Origin: the human T2T-CHM13v2.0 reference genome, Homo sapiens | DNA length: 64,000 bases | Strand: one strand, 5' to 3' | Assembly: GCF_009914755.1 (NCBI RefSeq) | Contig: NC_060926.1 | Notes under the pieces: model-generated | Told to the model about the DNA's origin: nothing | The model's input: only the letters and a program-made list of their open reading frames with translations | Database searches by the model: none | Part shown: piece after piece, positions 1 through 15,988 of the stretch | How positions within the stretch are numbered: the stretch's first letter is position 1 | How the letters are laid out: each line of letters opens with the position of its first letter | Position numbers and translations under genes: made by a program

Positions 1-729
1 TTCACAGTCAGGCCTGGCAACAGCATCTCTCATGTCTTTCCAGTTTTTATTGGCTAGAATCTGGTCATATCACTGCATCTAACAGCAAGGGAGTCTAGGA
101 AGTATGGCCCAGCTGTGGGCATGGAAGAAAGGAAAACAAATTTGATGACTAGCTAGCCAGTGTCTGCCACATTTAGATTTACCTACAAGCAGAGAAAAAC
201 TACATAGTATTGAAGGTGGATGTCGAAAGCAAATGTGATCCTCTGTTGGGTGGAATATATCACAGATGTGGCACTAGGAAGTAAGATTTCCTGCCTGATG
301 AGCTGAGGGGAGACATCCAAAATAAAACTGTGCCCTTATTGCAATTCAGAGATAATTTTTTGTTCTTTTGGTGCTACAAGCTGAAAATGGAACACTGAGA
401 AAATGTGTGAGCATTCCATGGTGAGTAAACAGAAGAGGAAGACTGACTTTCCTAATTAGTGTCCTCCCACTGCAACTTTTTTCTTCTACATTGTCTCACA
501 TTCACACAGTCACCTAAGCCTCACATTGAGAGAAGTTCTTCCATCTTCATATTTATCCATATATTTACTATGACCTGCCAAGTTCGTGCCCTACATTGTA
601 TTCACTCCATTGCATCAGTGCATTTCTACTGATGCTCTTCCAATTCTGGAAATCTAGTTCTCAAGTGGGCTACTGCCATATGTCTATCAGATCTTCCCAC
701 TTACCATCTCTTTCCTTTGATCTAGTCTC

Positions 730-1170
730 CACGCATTGTCAAAATCATCTTAAAGTAACGTTGTTCAAGCATTCCAGTGACTCCCCATTGCCTGTAAAAT
801 TAAATATAAACTCCTTTGTTTGACGTATACAGCATTACTCAATCTAGACTCAAAATGCACTGTTCACCTTTATCTCTGGAAATTGAACAACCCTACCAAT
901 TCTGTATTCCAGCCTACCCTAACTCCTTGTCATACTCTGTACAATCTCAAGTCCATTTCACAGGCTTCCAAGCATGCCTTTTCTGGGCTTCACCTGGTGA
1001 GTCCCTAATCATTAATAAAACCTAACTCAAATGTCACCTCTTTCTTGAGACTTCCAAAGCTCCTTCAGGGAGAGTTAATTCCAGTAAGACTTATCTTGGT
1101 TATAGCACTCATCACATTGCATTGTATTTTCTTGTTATCCACCTCTCCTGCTATATTGTCCTGGAAGGCA
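730..1170 (+). mobile_element. L2 LINE 3' region remnant
   Basis: Degenerate L2-like motifs (ctcaaatgtcacctct...; tatagcactcatcacattgcattgta); boundaries approximate. Confidence 0.5.
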
Positions 1171-1340
1171 ATGTAGTGTGGGGGAAAAAAGACAGAATTT
1201 AGAAGTCAGATTAGACCTAGATTTGATTTCTACCATTTCACATGACTACCTATGTAGCTTTAAGTTACCTAAGCTCTCTAAACTACAGGATCCTCTTCTG
1301 TGAAATGGGGATGGTAATATTTCATATGATATGTATACAA
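1171..1340 (+). mobile_element. MIR SINE
   Basis: MIR core-like: agaagtcaga...aagttacctaagctctct...cctcttctgtgaaatggggatggtaat. Confidence 0.6.
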
Positions 1341-1756
1341 TGTCTTATACAGGACAAGAAACCACATGCCTAATTTATTTATTATTCCCCAGTATTCTCC
1401 TCCTCTTTCTTGTATTTTGTCTTATATAAAAGGCTATCTTTCAGTAAAGGCATACAATAAAGGTTTTCTAAATGAATGAACTAGAAAGTTAGCATCTTGG
1501 GACTATCTAGTGCTTACCTCCATCACAGCTCTCCCTTTTTTTTTTTTTTTAATTATACTTTAAGTTTTAGGGTATATGTGCACATTGTGCAGGTTAGTTA
1601 CATATGTATACATGTGCCATGCTGGTGCGCTGCACCCACTAACTCGTCATCTAGCATTAGGTATATCTCCCAATGCTACCCCTCCCCCCTCCCCCCACCC
1701 CACCACAGTCCCCAGAGTGTGATATTCCCCTTCCTGGGTCCATGTGATCTCATTGT

Positions 1757-5579
<3,823 letters not shown>

Positions 5580-5627
5580 TTATTTTGCTCGTTAGTTGAT
5601 GCAGTTTTTTCCTAGTCTCGATGGTCT

Positions 5628-6640
5628 TTACATTTTGGCATGATTTTGCAGCGGCTGGTACCGGTTGTTCCTTTCCATGTTTAGCGCTTCCTTCAGGAGC
5701 TCTTTTAGGGCAGGCCTGGTGGTGACAAAATCTCTCAGCATTTGCTTGTCTGTAAAGTATTTTATTTCTCCTTCACTTATGAAGCTTAGTTTGGCTGGAT
5801 ATGAAATTCTGGGTTGAAAATTCTCTTATTTAAGAATGTTGAATATTGGCCCCCACTCTCTTCTGGCTTGTAGGGTTTCTGCCGAGAGATCCGCTGTTTG
5901 ATGGGCTTCCCTTTGAGGGTAACCCGACCTTTCTCTCTGGCTGCCCTTAACATTTTTTCCTTCATTTCAACTTTGGTGAATCTGACAATTATGTGTCTTG
6001 GAGTTGCTCTTCTTGAGGAGTATCTTTGTGGCGTTCTCTGTATTTCCTGAATCTGAACGTTGGGCTGCCTTGCTAGATTGGGGAAGTTCTCCTGGATAAT
6101 ATCCTGCAGAGTGTTTTCCAACTTGGTTCCATTCTCCCCATCACTTTCAGGTACACCAATGAGACGTAGATTTGGTCTTTTCACATAGTCCCATACTTCT
6201 TGGAGGCTTTGCTCATTTCTTTTTATTCTTTTTTCTCTAAACTTCCCTTCTCGCTTCATTTCATTCACTTCATCTTCCATTGCTGATACCCTTTCTTCCA
6301 GTTGATCGCATCGGCTCCTGAGGCTTCTGCATTCTTCACTTAGTTCTCGAGCCTTGGTTTTCAGCTCCATCAGCTCCTTTAAGCACTTCTCTATATTGGT
6401 TATTCTAGTTATACATTCTTCTAAATTTTTTCCAAAGTTTTCAACTTCTTTGCCTTTGATTTGAATGTCGTCCCTTAGCTCAGAGTAATTTGATCGTCTG
6501 AAGCCTTCTTCTCTCAGCTCGTCAAAGTCATTCTCCATCCAGCTTTGTTCCGTTGCTGGTGAGGAACTGCGTTCCTTTGGAGGAGGAGAGGCACTCTGCG
6601 TTTTAGAGTTTCCAGTTTTTCTGCTCTGTTTTTTCCCCAT
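5628..6640 (-). pseudogene. L1 ORF1p, frameshifted
   Basis: MGKKQSRKTGNSKTQSASPPPK... matches ORF1p to ...KGKPI, then goes out of frame (apparent 4-bp deletion near 5898). Canonical stop position 5628-5630. Confidence 0.95.
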
Positions 6641-7546
6641 CTTTGTGGTTTTATCTACTTTTGGTCTTTGATGATGGTGATGTACAGATGGGTTTTTGGT
6701 GTGGATGTCCTTTCTGTTTGTTAGTTTTCCTTCTAACAGACAGGACCCTCAGCTGCAGGTCTGTTGGAATACCCTGCCGTGTGAGGTGTCAGTGTGCCCC
6801 TGCTGGGGGGTGCCTCCCAGTTAGGCTGCTCGGGGGTCAGGGGTCAGGGACCCACCTGAGGAGGCAGTCTGCCCGTTCTCAGATCTCCAGCTGTGTGCTG
6901 GGAGAACCACTGCTCTCTTCAAAGCTGTCAGACAGGGACATTTAAGTCTGCAGAGGTTACTGCTGTCTTTTTGTTGGCCTGTGCCCTGCCCCCAGAGGTG
7001 GAGCCTACAGAGGCAGGCAGGCCTCCTTGAGCTGTGGTGGGCTCCACCCAGTTCGAGCTTCCCTGCTGCTTTGTTTACCTAAGCAAGCCCGGGCAATGGC
7101 GGGCGCCCCTCCCCCAGCCTCGCTGCCACCTTGCAGTTTGATCTCAGACTGCTGTGCTAGCAATCTGCGAGACTCCGTGGGCGTAGGACCCTCTGAGCCA
7201 GGTGCAGGATATAATCTCGTGGTGCGCCGTTTTTTAAGCCGGTCAGAAAAGCGCAATATTCGGGAGGGAGTGACCTGATTTTCCAGGTGCGTCCGTCACC
7301 CCTTTCTTTGACTCGGAAAGGGAACTCCCTGACCCCTTGTGCTTCCCAAGTGAGGCAATGCCTCGCCCTGCTTCGGCTCGCGCACAGTGCGCGCACTCAC
7401 TGACCTGCGCCCACTGTCTGGCACTCCCTAGTGAGATGAACCCGGTACCTCAGATGGAAATGCAGAAATCACCCGTCTTCTGCTTTGCTCACGCTGGGAG
7501 CTGTAGACCGGAGCTGTTCCTATTCGGCCATCTTGGCTCCTCCCCC
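6641..7546 (-). promoter_or_regulatory. L1 5'UTR internal sense promoter and antisense promoter (CpG-rich)
   Basis: Intact YY1 site CAAGATGGCC (minus strand, 7526-7535). CpG-rich compared with the rest of the window. Function inferred from established L1PA biology. Confidence 0.85.
7096..7278 (+). pseudogene. L1 antisense ORF0, truncated to 60 aa
   Basis: MAGAPPPASLPPCSLISDCCASNLRDSVGVGPSEPG...EGVT, then TGA at 7276-7278 where the 71-aa consensus has CGA. Confidence 0.85.
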
Positions 7547-7729
7547 AGCTCTCCCTTACTGCTACCCTTTTGCAAGTGGGGAAAGGCTCTCAAGGTAGTT
7601 ATCCATAATGATTTCATCTAGAAAATGTTCGTTTATGCTTTTCTTTTGACAATGGCAAAGTTTTCATCAAGGATAGTTAAAATCAGAAGATCTGTTTTCT
7701 TTTTCTTATTTTTTAACAAAATGACATTA

Positions 7730-10700
7730 TTTTTCTTATCTGTTTTTATTTTACGTTTGGGGATATATATGCAGGTTTGTTACATAGGTAAATTGCGTGT
7801 CACTGAGGCTTGGTGTACAAATGATCCCATTACCCAGGCAGTGAGCATAGCACCTGATAGGTAGCCTTCCAACCCACAAATCCGCCTCCCACCCTCCCTC
7901 CTCAAGCAGTCCCCAGTGTCTATTGTTCTTATCTTTGTGTCCATGTGTATTCGATATTTAGCTGTTACTTATAAGTGAGAATGTGCGGTATTTGGTTTTC
8001 TGTTCCTATATTAGTTCACTTAAAATGAGGGCCTCCAGCTGCATCCCTGTTGCTGCGAAGGGCATGATTTCATTCTTTTTATGGCTGCATAGTATTCCAT
8101 GGTGTATATGTATACCAGTCCACCATTGATGAACATTTTTATTTATCTAGTCCACTGTTAATGAGCATAATAGTTGATTCTGTCTTTTCTATTGTGAATA
8201 GTGCTGTAAGAAACAAGTAAACGCATGTGACTTTTCAGTATAACAACTTATTTTCCTTTGAGTATATACCCAGTAGTGGGATTGCTGGGTCAAATGGCAG
8301 CTATGTTTTAAGTTCTTTAAGAAATGTCCACACTGCTTTCCACAGTGGCTGAATTAATTTACATTCCCACTAGCAGTGTAGAACTGTTAAATTTTCTCTG
8401 CAGGGTCACCAATATCTGTTGTTTTTTGACTTTTAAATAATAGCCATTCTGACTTTTATGAAATAGTATTGCATTGTGGTTTTGATTTCATTTTACTAAT
8501 GATTTGTGATGATGAACTTTTTTTCATGTATTTGCTGGCTGCACATATATCTTCTTTTGAGAATAGTCTGTTCATATCTGTTGCCCAGTTCCTTAAATGG
8601 GTTTTTTTCTTGTTAATTTGTTTAAGTGACTTATAGATTCTCAGTATTAGATCTTTTTCAGATGCATAGCTTGTATTTTTGCTCATTCTGTAGATTGTCT
8701 GTTCACTCTACTGAAAGTTGCTTTTGCTGTGCAGAAGTTCTTTAGTTTAGTTAGGTCCCATGTGTCAATTTTTATTTTTGTTGCAGTTGCTTTTGAGGAC
8801 TTAGTCATAAATTCTTTGCCAAGGCTGATGTCCAGAATGGTATTTCCTAGGTTTTCTTCTAGAGTTTTTAGTTTTAGGTTTTACATTTAAGTCTTTAATC
8901 CATCTTAAGTTAATTTTTGTATGTGGTGAAAGAAAGGAGTCCAGTTTCAATCTTCTGCATATGGCTAGTCAGTTATCCCAGCATAATTTATTGAACAGGG
9001 AGTCTTTCCCCATTATTTGTTATTGTTGACTTGTTGATGTTTTCTTTTGTTGTTGTGTCTCTGCCAGATTTCAGTATCAGAATGATGCTGGCTTCATGGA
9101 ATGAGTTAGGAAGGAGTCCCTCCTCCTTGATTTTTTTTGGAATAAATTCAGTACGATTGGCACTAGCTCTTCTTTACATCTGGTGGAATTCAACTGTGAA
9201 TCTGTCTGGTCCAGGGCTTTTTTTGATTGGTAGGCTTTTTATCACTGATTCAATTTTGAAACTCATTATTGATCTGCTCAGGATTTCAATTTTCTCAATC
9301 TTGGGAGGCTGTATGTTTCCAGGAATTTATTCATTTCTTCCAGATTTTCTAGTTTGTGTGCATAGAGGTGTTTGTAATAGTCTCTGAGAACTTTGTTTTT
9401 TGTTTCTTTTGTTTTTGTTTTTGTTTTGTATTTCTGTGGGATTGGTTGTAATGTTGCCATTGTCGTTTCTTATTGTGTTTATTAGGATCATCTCTCTTTT
9501 TAAATTTATTATTCTAGATAGCAGTCTAGATTAACAGCAGTCTATCAATCTTATTTAATCTTTTAAAGAGCCAACTTTTGGTTTTGTTGATCTTTTGTAT
9601 GAATATTTGCATCTCAATTTCATTCAGTTCAGCTTTGATTTTGGTTGTCTCTTTTCTTCTACTAGCTTTGGGGTTGGTTTGCTCTTGTTTTTCTAGGTGT
9701 AACATTAGGTTGTTAATTTGAGATCTTTCTACCTTCTTGATGTACGTGTTTAGCAGTATAAACTTTACTCTTAACACTGCTTTAGCTGTATCCTAAAAAT
9801 TCTTACATGTTTTACCTTTGTTTTCATTAGTTTAAAAGAAGTTTTTGATTTCTGCCTTAATTTTGTTCTTTACCCAAAAGTCATTCAGGAGCAGGTTGTT
9901 TAACTTCCATGTAATTTTATCATTTTGATAGATCTTCTTGATATTGATTTCTATTTTTATTGTGCTGTGGTCTGAGAGTGTGCTTGGTATGATTTTGACT
10001 TTTTAAAATCTGTTGAGACTTGCTTTATGGATGAGCATGCAGTCAGTCTTAGAGTATGTGCCATGTGCAGATAAGAAGAATGTATGTTTTGTTGTTGTTG
10101 AGTGTAGTGTTCTGTAGACCTCTATTAGGTCCAATTGGTATAGTGTTGAGGTTAAGTCCACAATACTTCGTTAGTTTTCTGCCTCAGTGATATGTCTAAT
10201 GCTGTCAGTGGAGTGTTAAAGTCCCCTACCATTATTGTGTGGTTGTCTAAATCTCTTCATAGATCTGTAAGAACTGGTTTTATGAATCTGGGTGCTCCAA
10301 TGTTGGGTGCATATTTCTTTAGGATAGCTAAGTCTTCTTGTTGAAGCTTAAATCATTATGTAATGCCCTTCTTTGTCTTTTTTGATCATTGTTTGTTTAA
10401 AGTCTATTTTATCTGATGTTAGAATAGCAACTGCTGCTCTTTTTTTGGTTTTGTTTTCTGTTTGCCTGATAGCTCTTTCTCCATTTCTTTATTTTGAGTC
10501 TATGTGTGTTATTACTTGTGAGACAGGTCTCTTGAAGACAGCAGACAGCTGGGTCTTGATTCTTTATCCAACTTTCTACTATATTCCTTTTAAGTGGGGT
10601 ATTTAGCCCATTTACATTCAGGGTCAATATTCATATGTGGGGACTCAATCCTGTAATCATGCTGTTAGCTGGTTGTTATGTAAACTTGATTGTATAGTTT

Positions 10701-12254
10701 CTTTATAGTGTCAAAGGGCTATGTACTTAAGTGTGTTTTTGTGGTGGCAAGTATTGTTCTTTCATTTCCATGTTTAGCACTCACTTTAGGACCTTCTTAA
10801 GGCAGGCCCAGTGGTAAGAAATTCCCTTAGCATTTTCTTGTCTGAAAATAATTTCATTTCTTCTTCACTTATAAAACTTAGTTTGGCAGGATATGAAATT
10901 CTTGGTTGGAATTTATTTTCTTTAAGGCTGTTGAAAATAGGCCCACAATCTCTTCTGGCTTGTGGAATTTCAGCTGAAAGGTCCACAGTTAGCCTTATGG
11001 AGTTCCCTTTGTAAATGACCTGCCTCTTCTCACTAGCTGCCTTTAACATTTTTTCTTTCACATTGGCCTTGGAGAATCTGACACCTGTGTGTCTAGGGGA
11101 TGGTTGTCTTGCATAGTAACTCCTAGGATTCTCTGAATTTCTTAAATTTGCATGTTGACATTGCTAGTGGGATTGGGAAAATTTTAGTGGATTGTATGCT
11201 CAGATACGTTTTCTAAGTTGCCTGATCTCTCTCCTCTTGTAGGAATGCCAATGAGTTGTAGGTTTGGTCTCTTTACATAATCCATTATTTCTCAGAGATT
11301 TTGCTAATTTTTTAAAATTCTTTTTTCTTTACTTTTATATGCCTATATTGCTTCAAAGGAACAGAACTCAAGCTCTGAGATACTTTCCTCAGCTTATTTT
11401 GTTGTTAATGATTCCAGTTGTATTTTGAAATTACATAGTGAACTTTTCATTTTCAGAAGTTCAGTTTAGTCTCATCTTAAAATGGAATGTCTTCTCTAGA
11501 TAGTTTTACTATTTCCTTGAATTGGATTTTAACTTTCTCTTGTATTGCAATGAGCTTCCTTGACATCCAGATTCTGAATTCCATGTCTGACATTTCAGCC
11601 ATTTAAATCTGGCTAAGAACTATAGATGGGGAGCTAGTGTGATCTTTAAAGATCACACTACTACCTTTAAAGTTAAGAAGACACTTTGACTTTTAGAGTT
11701 GCCAGAATTCTTGAGCTGGTTCTTTCTATCCATGAGGGCTGATGTTCTTTTATCCTTTTTAGTTGCTGTCCTTTGGATGGGGCTTTTTGTTTCTATGTTC
11801 TATATTGCCCTTGAAGGTTTCAATGTGGTGCAAATTGGGTATAGTTGAATGGCTTTGTTTCTGGATACTTTCATATGGCTAAGGCTCAGTACTCCACTTC
11901 TGGGCTATGTGCTCTAACCCTGGGTGGCTGGGACTGGGCCCATAGCTTTGTCCTCTTGTCTCTCAAAATTGAGCCTTGGTTGGGCTGGAGGAGCCAAGGT
12001 ATACTTCTAGACCACTGAAAACAGTACTCTGTTGGTGGTGGTAGGGGCAGTGGGCGTGCTAAGGGTGGGAAGCACTCTAGTGGGGGTGCAATGGGGAAAC
12101 ACTTTCCCAAGGGGGCAATGGCAGTGTCTCAAGCAAATGTGCTCTGGCAGAAGGTGGTAGCAAAAGTGCTCTGGCAGGGTCAGCAGGGGCTCCACAGCAG
12201 GAAGTGCTGTGGTATGGGCAGCTTGGGTGCTGTGTGTAGGGAACACTCTGGTAG
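7730..12254 (-). mobile_element. LINE-1 L1PA15/16-type, 3' end through part of 5'UTR, with an internal ~1.15-kb ORF2 deletion near 9037
   Basis: 3'UTR ggtaaattgcgtgtcactgaggcttggtgtacaaatgatccc. ORF2 fragments (8456-8686, 9278-9460, 9526-9777, 10409-10627) and ORF1 fragment 10786-11061. Confidence 0.88.
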
Positions 12255-12617
12255 TGTATTAGTCCATTTTCATACTGCTATGAAGAAATACCAGAAACTG
12301 GGTAATGTTTGAAGAAAAAGAGGTTTAATGGACTCAGAGTTCCATATGACTGGTGAGGCCTCACAGTCATGGCAGAAGATGAAGGAGGGGCAAAATATGT
12401 CTTACATGGCAGCAGGCAAGAAACCATGTGCAGGAGAACTGCTTTTTATAAAACCATCAGATCTCATAAGACTTCTTCACTATCATGAGAACAGCATGGG
12501 AAAAACCCATCCCCATGATTCAATTCCCTCCCACCAGGTCCCTCCCATGACACATGGGGATTATGGGAGCTACAATTCAAGATGAGATTTGGGTGGGGAC
12601 ACAGCCAAGCCGTATTA
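12255..12617 (-). mobile_element. THE1C (ERVL-MaLR) 3' LTR
   Basis: tgtattagtccattttcatactgctatgaagaaatacc...gatttgggtggggacacagccaagccgtatta; 363 bp. Confidence 0.9.
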
Positions 12618-14192
12618 TTCCACCCCGGTCCCTCCCAAATCTCATATCCTCACACTTCAAAACCAATCCTGCCTTCCCAACAGTCCCCCAAAATCTTAAC
12701 TCGTTTCAGCATTAACTGAAAAGTCCACAGTCCAAAGTCTTATCTGAGACAAGGCAAATCCCTTTCACCTATAAGCTTGTAAAATTAAAAGCAAGTTAGT
12801 TACTTCCAAGGTACAATGGGGTACAGGCATTGGGTAAATACACCCATTCCAAATGGGGAAAATTGGCAAAAATGAAGAAGCTACAGGCCCCATGCAAGTC
12901 CAAAATCCAGCAGGGCAGTCAAATCTTAAAGCTCTAAAATGATTGCCTTTGGCACCACATCTTGCGTCTAGGTCATGCTGATGCAAAAGATGGGCTCCCA
13001 TGGCTTTGAGAAGCTCTGGCCCTGTGGCTTTGCAGGGTAGAGCCCCCTTCCTGGCAGCTCTCATGGGCTGAAATTGAGTGTCTGCAGCTTTTTCACGGGC
13101 ATGGTGCAAGATGTCAGGAAATCTACCATTCTGGGGTCTGGAGCATGATGGCCCTCTTCTCACAGCTCCACAAAGGCAGTGCCCCAGTGAGGATTCTGCG
13201 TGGGGGTCCCAACCCTACATTTCCTTTCTCCATTTCCCCAGCAGAGGTTTGCTATGAGGGCCCCACCCCTGAAGCAAACTTCTGCCTGGACATCCAGGCA
13301 TTTCCATATATACTCTGAAATCTATACGGAGGTTTCCAAACCTCAATTCTTGACCTTCTGTGCAAGTGGAAGCTACCAAGGCCTAGGGCTTTCACCCTTT
13401 GAAGCCATGGCCCAAGCTGTACCTTGGTCCCTTTTAGCCATGGCTGGAGTGGCTCAGAGGCAGGGCACCAAGTCCCTAGGCTGCACACAGCAGGGGACCC
13501 TGGATCTGGCCCAGGAAACAATTTTCCCTCCTTGGCCTCCAGGCCTGTGATGGGAGGGGCTGCTGTGAGATCTCTGACATGGCCTGGAGACATTTTTTCC
13601 ATTGTTTTTGTGATTAACAATTGGCTCCTTGTTACTTATGCAAATTTCTGCAGCAGGCTTGAATTTCTCCCCCAGAAAACGGGTTTTTATTTTCTATTGC
13701 ATCGTCAGGCTGCAAATTTTTCAAACCTTTATGCTCTCCTTTCTCTTGAATGCTTTGCCGCTTAGAAATTTCTTCTGCCAGATACCCTAAATCATCTCTC
13801 TCAAGTTAAAAGTTTCACAGATCTCTAGGGCAGGAGCAAAATGCCACCAGTCTCTTTGCTAAAGCATAACAAGAATCACCTTTGCTTCAGTTCCCAATGA
13901 GTCCCTCATCTTCTTCTGAGACCACCTCAGCCTGCATTTCATTGTCCATATCACTATCAGCATTTTAGTCAAAGCCATTCAATAAGTCTCTAGGAAGTTC
14001 CAAACTTCCCCACATTTTTCTGTGTTCTGAGCTCTCCAAGTCTCTAGGAAGTTCCAAACTTTTCCACATTTTGTTACCTTCTTCTGAGCCCTCCAAATGG
14101 TTCCCATCTTTGCTTGTTACCCAGTTCCAAAGCTGCTTCCACATTTTCAGGTATCTTAATAGCAGTACTCCACTCTACTGGTACCAATTTAC
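12618..14192 (-). mobile_element. THE1 internal region
   Basis: Typical THE1-int text (ctgagacaaggcaaatccc...; gtaccaatttac immediately before the second LTR). Confidence 0.9.
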
Positions 14193-14378
14193 TGTATTAG
14201 TCCATTTTCATGAGCTATGAAGAAACATCCAATACTGGGTAATTTATAAAGAAAAAGAGGCTTAATGGACTCAGTTCCACATGGCTGGGGAGGCCTCACA
14301 ATCATGGTGGAAGGCAAAGGAGGAGCAAAGGCACATCTTACATGGCGGCAGGCAAGACAGTACATGCAGGGGACCTGC
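14193..14378 (-). mobile_element. THE1C 5' LTR, truncated (about half missing)
   Basis: Direct repeat of the first half of 12255-12617; similarity stops at ...gcaggggacctgc. Confidence 0.88.
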
Positions 14379-14799
14379 TGTGCTCCTCTGCAGCCATCCC
14401 CACACAGCCCACCTAGGCTTTATGCAGATTCAGGTTGTCTCTGACTACTCTCCAGGCAGTTCGCCCTGCCCACTAAGATGTCCATGTGGTTTTGGGGCTT
14501 CCTGCAGCTATAATCCCAGAGGTCAGTGGCAAGAGTGGGCAGCTCCACATTTATTTCACTACTCCCCTTTTTCTTAGCAGTCATTTAGGGCCTAGAGCAT
14601 GTCCTAGCACTTGACAACTCTGTGCAGGTTTCCTAGCTTCCTCTTGGTTAAGCCCTAGCATCTGGGTTATCTCTTTAGCCATTCTCATTGCATTCTCTCA
14701 GATGATCTGTTTGGAGTATGGCAGTCTACTTGATATTCTGGCTTGTCCTGGTGGGAGGAGTTCTTGGCTACTTCTAGTTGACCATCTTGTCTCCCTCCC
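14379..14799 (-). mobile_element. 5' end of the L1PA15/16-type element
   Basis: Minus strand begins GGGAGGGAGACAAGATGGTCAACTAGAAG, an L1 start with a YY1-like motif. Confidence 0.7.
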
Positions 14800-14859
14800 T
14801 ATTTTCCTGATTATTTTAGTTTTACAGGTCTTAAAACCAAGAACTATAAATTCTCTGTG

Positions 14860-15650
14860 TTCTTTTTATTTCAGAGTTGTGTTACCTGTTTTGGTTTTTT
14901 TGTTTCATATAAATTATTTAATCAAATCATCAATTTCTCCAAAAAGGCCTGCAGAATTTTGATAGGGATTGCATTGAACATGTAGCCCAGTTTACAGAGA
15001 CTGCATATCTTAACAATATTGAGTCTTTTAATTGATAAACATTATTCATTTATTTCAGTCTTCTTTTGTTTTTCTCAGCAATATATTGTAGTTTTCAGTA
15101 AAAAGTGCTTGTATATTTTTAGTTAGTTTTAGTTCAAGTTTTTGAAGTTTTTACAACCTGTTGTTAATTGTATTTTTTAGTTTTGATTTCCAGTTGTTTA
15201 GTGTTTAGGCTTTTTAACCTGTAACTTTTCTAAATTTACTTATTAATTTTGTTAATAGATATGTTATTTTATGTTTTTATTTTTGTGATTTAATAAAAAT
15301 ATATTGTCAAGGATTTTCCCTTTTATCTAAGTTACTGAATTTATTTGCATAAGATTATTTGTTTCTTTATTACTTTTTAAAAACTTTTATATATGACCAT
15401 AGTACATTTCTCGAAATTAGGAAATTAACATTGGTATGATACTATTAATTAAAGACATTCAGATGTCACCAGATGACTTCTGACATTTCAGATGACATTC
15501 AATTTTTGTATTAATGTCTTTTTTTTTTCTGTTCCAGGAATCAATGTAGAATACTACCTACATTTAATTGTTTTGCTTTTCAATCCTCTCTAATCTGTGA
15601 TGCTTTCTCAGTCTTTCCTTGTTTTTCATGTCTTTGATAGTTTTTATATT
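14860..15650 (-). mobile_element. Old L1M/L1MC fragments
   Basis: gatagggattgcattgaa...cttaacaatattgagtct (ORF2-derived); aggaaattaacattggtatgatactattaa (L1MC-like 3' end). Confidence 0.6.
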
Positions 15651-15988
15651 TTTTATTGATTTACATTTAATTGACAAACAATAATTGTGTATATTTATGG
15701 GGTACATTGTGATGTTTTGATCTACATATACATTGTAGAAAGATTCAATCAATCTAATTAACATATCTGTTACTTCACCAAGTTTTTTTGTGGTGAGGAC
15801 ATTAAAAATCTATTCTTTTAGCAATTTTGAAATATACAATACATTATTACTAACTGTGGTCAAAATACAGTAAAATAAATAATCCAAACTTACTTCTCCG
15901 ATTTAACTGAAAGTTAGTACCCTTTGATCAACATTTCCCCTTTTTCCACTCCTTCCCTTCCCCTCCAGCCTCTGGTAACCACCTTTCT
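15651..15988 (-). mobile_element. L1MA 3' end (host of the transduction; resumes at 17398-17470)
   Basis: aattgac...tatttatggggtacattgtgatgttttga...ccagcctctggtaaccac; continues after 17413 with tttagattccacatataagtgag. Confidence 0.8.

Noticed and set aside
1678-1705. G-quadruplex-forming tract on the minus strand
   Set aside because: Standard feature of the L1PA 3'UTR
13984-14096. About 55-bp tandem duplication in THE1-int
   Set aside because: Copies are diverged and I recall this duplication in other THE1 internal sequences; probably ancestral to the element
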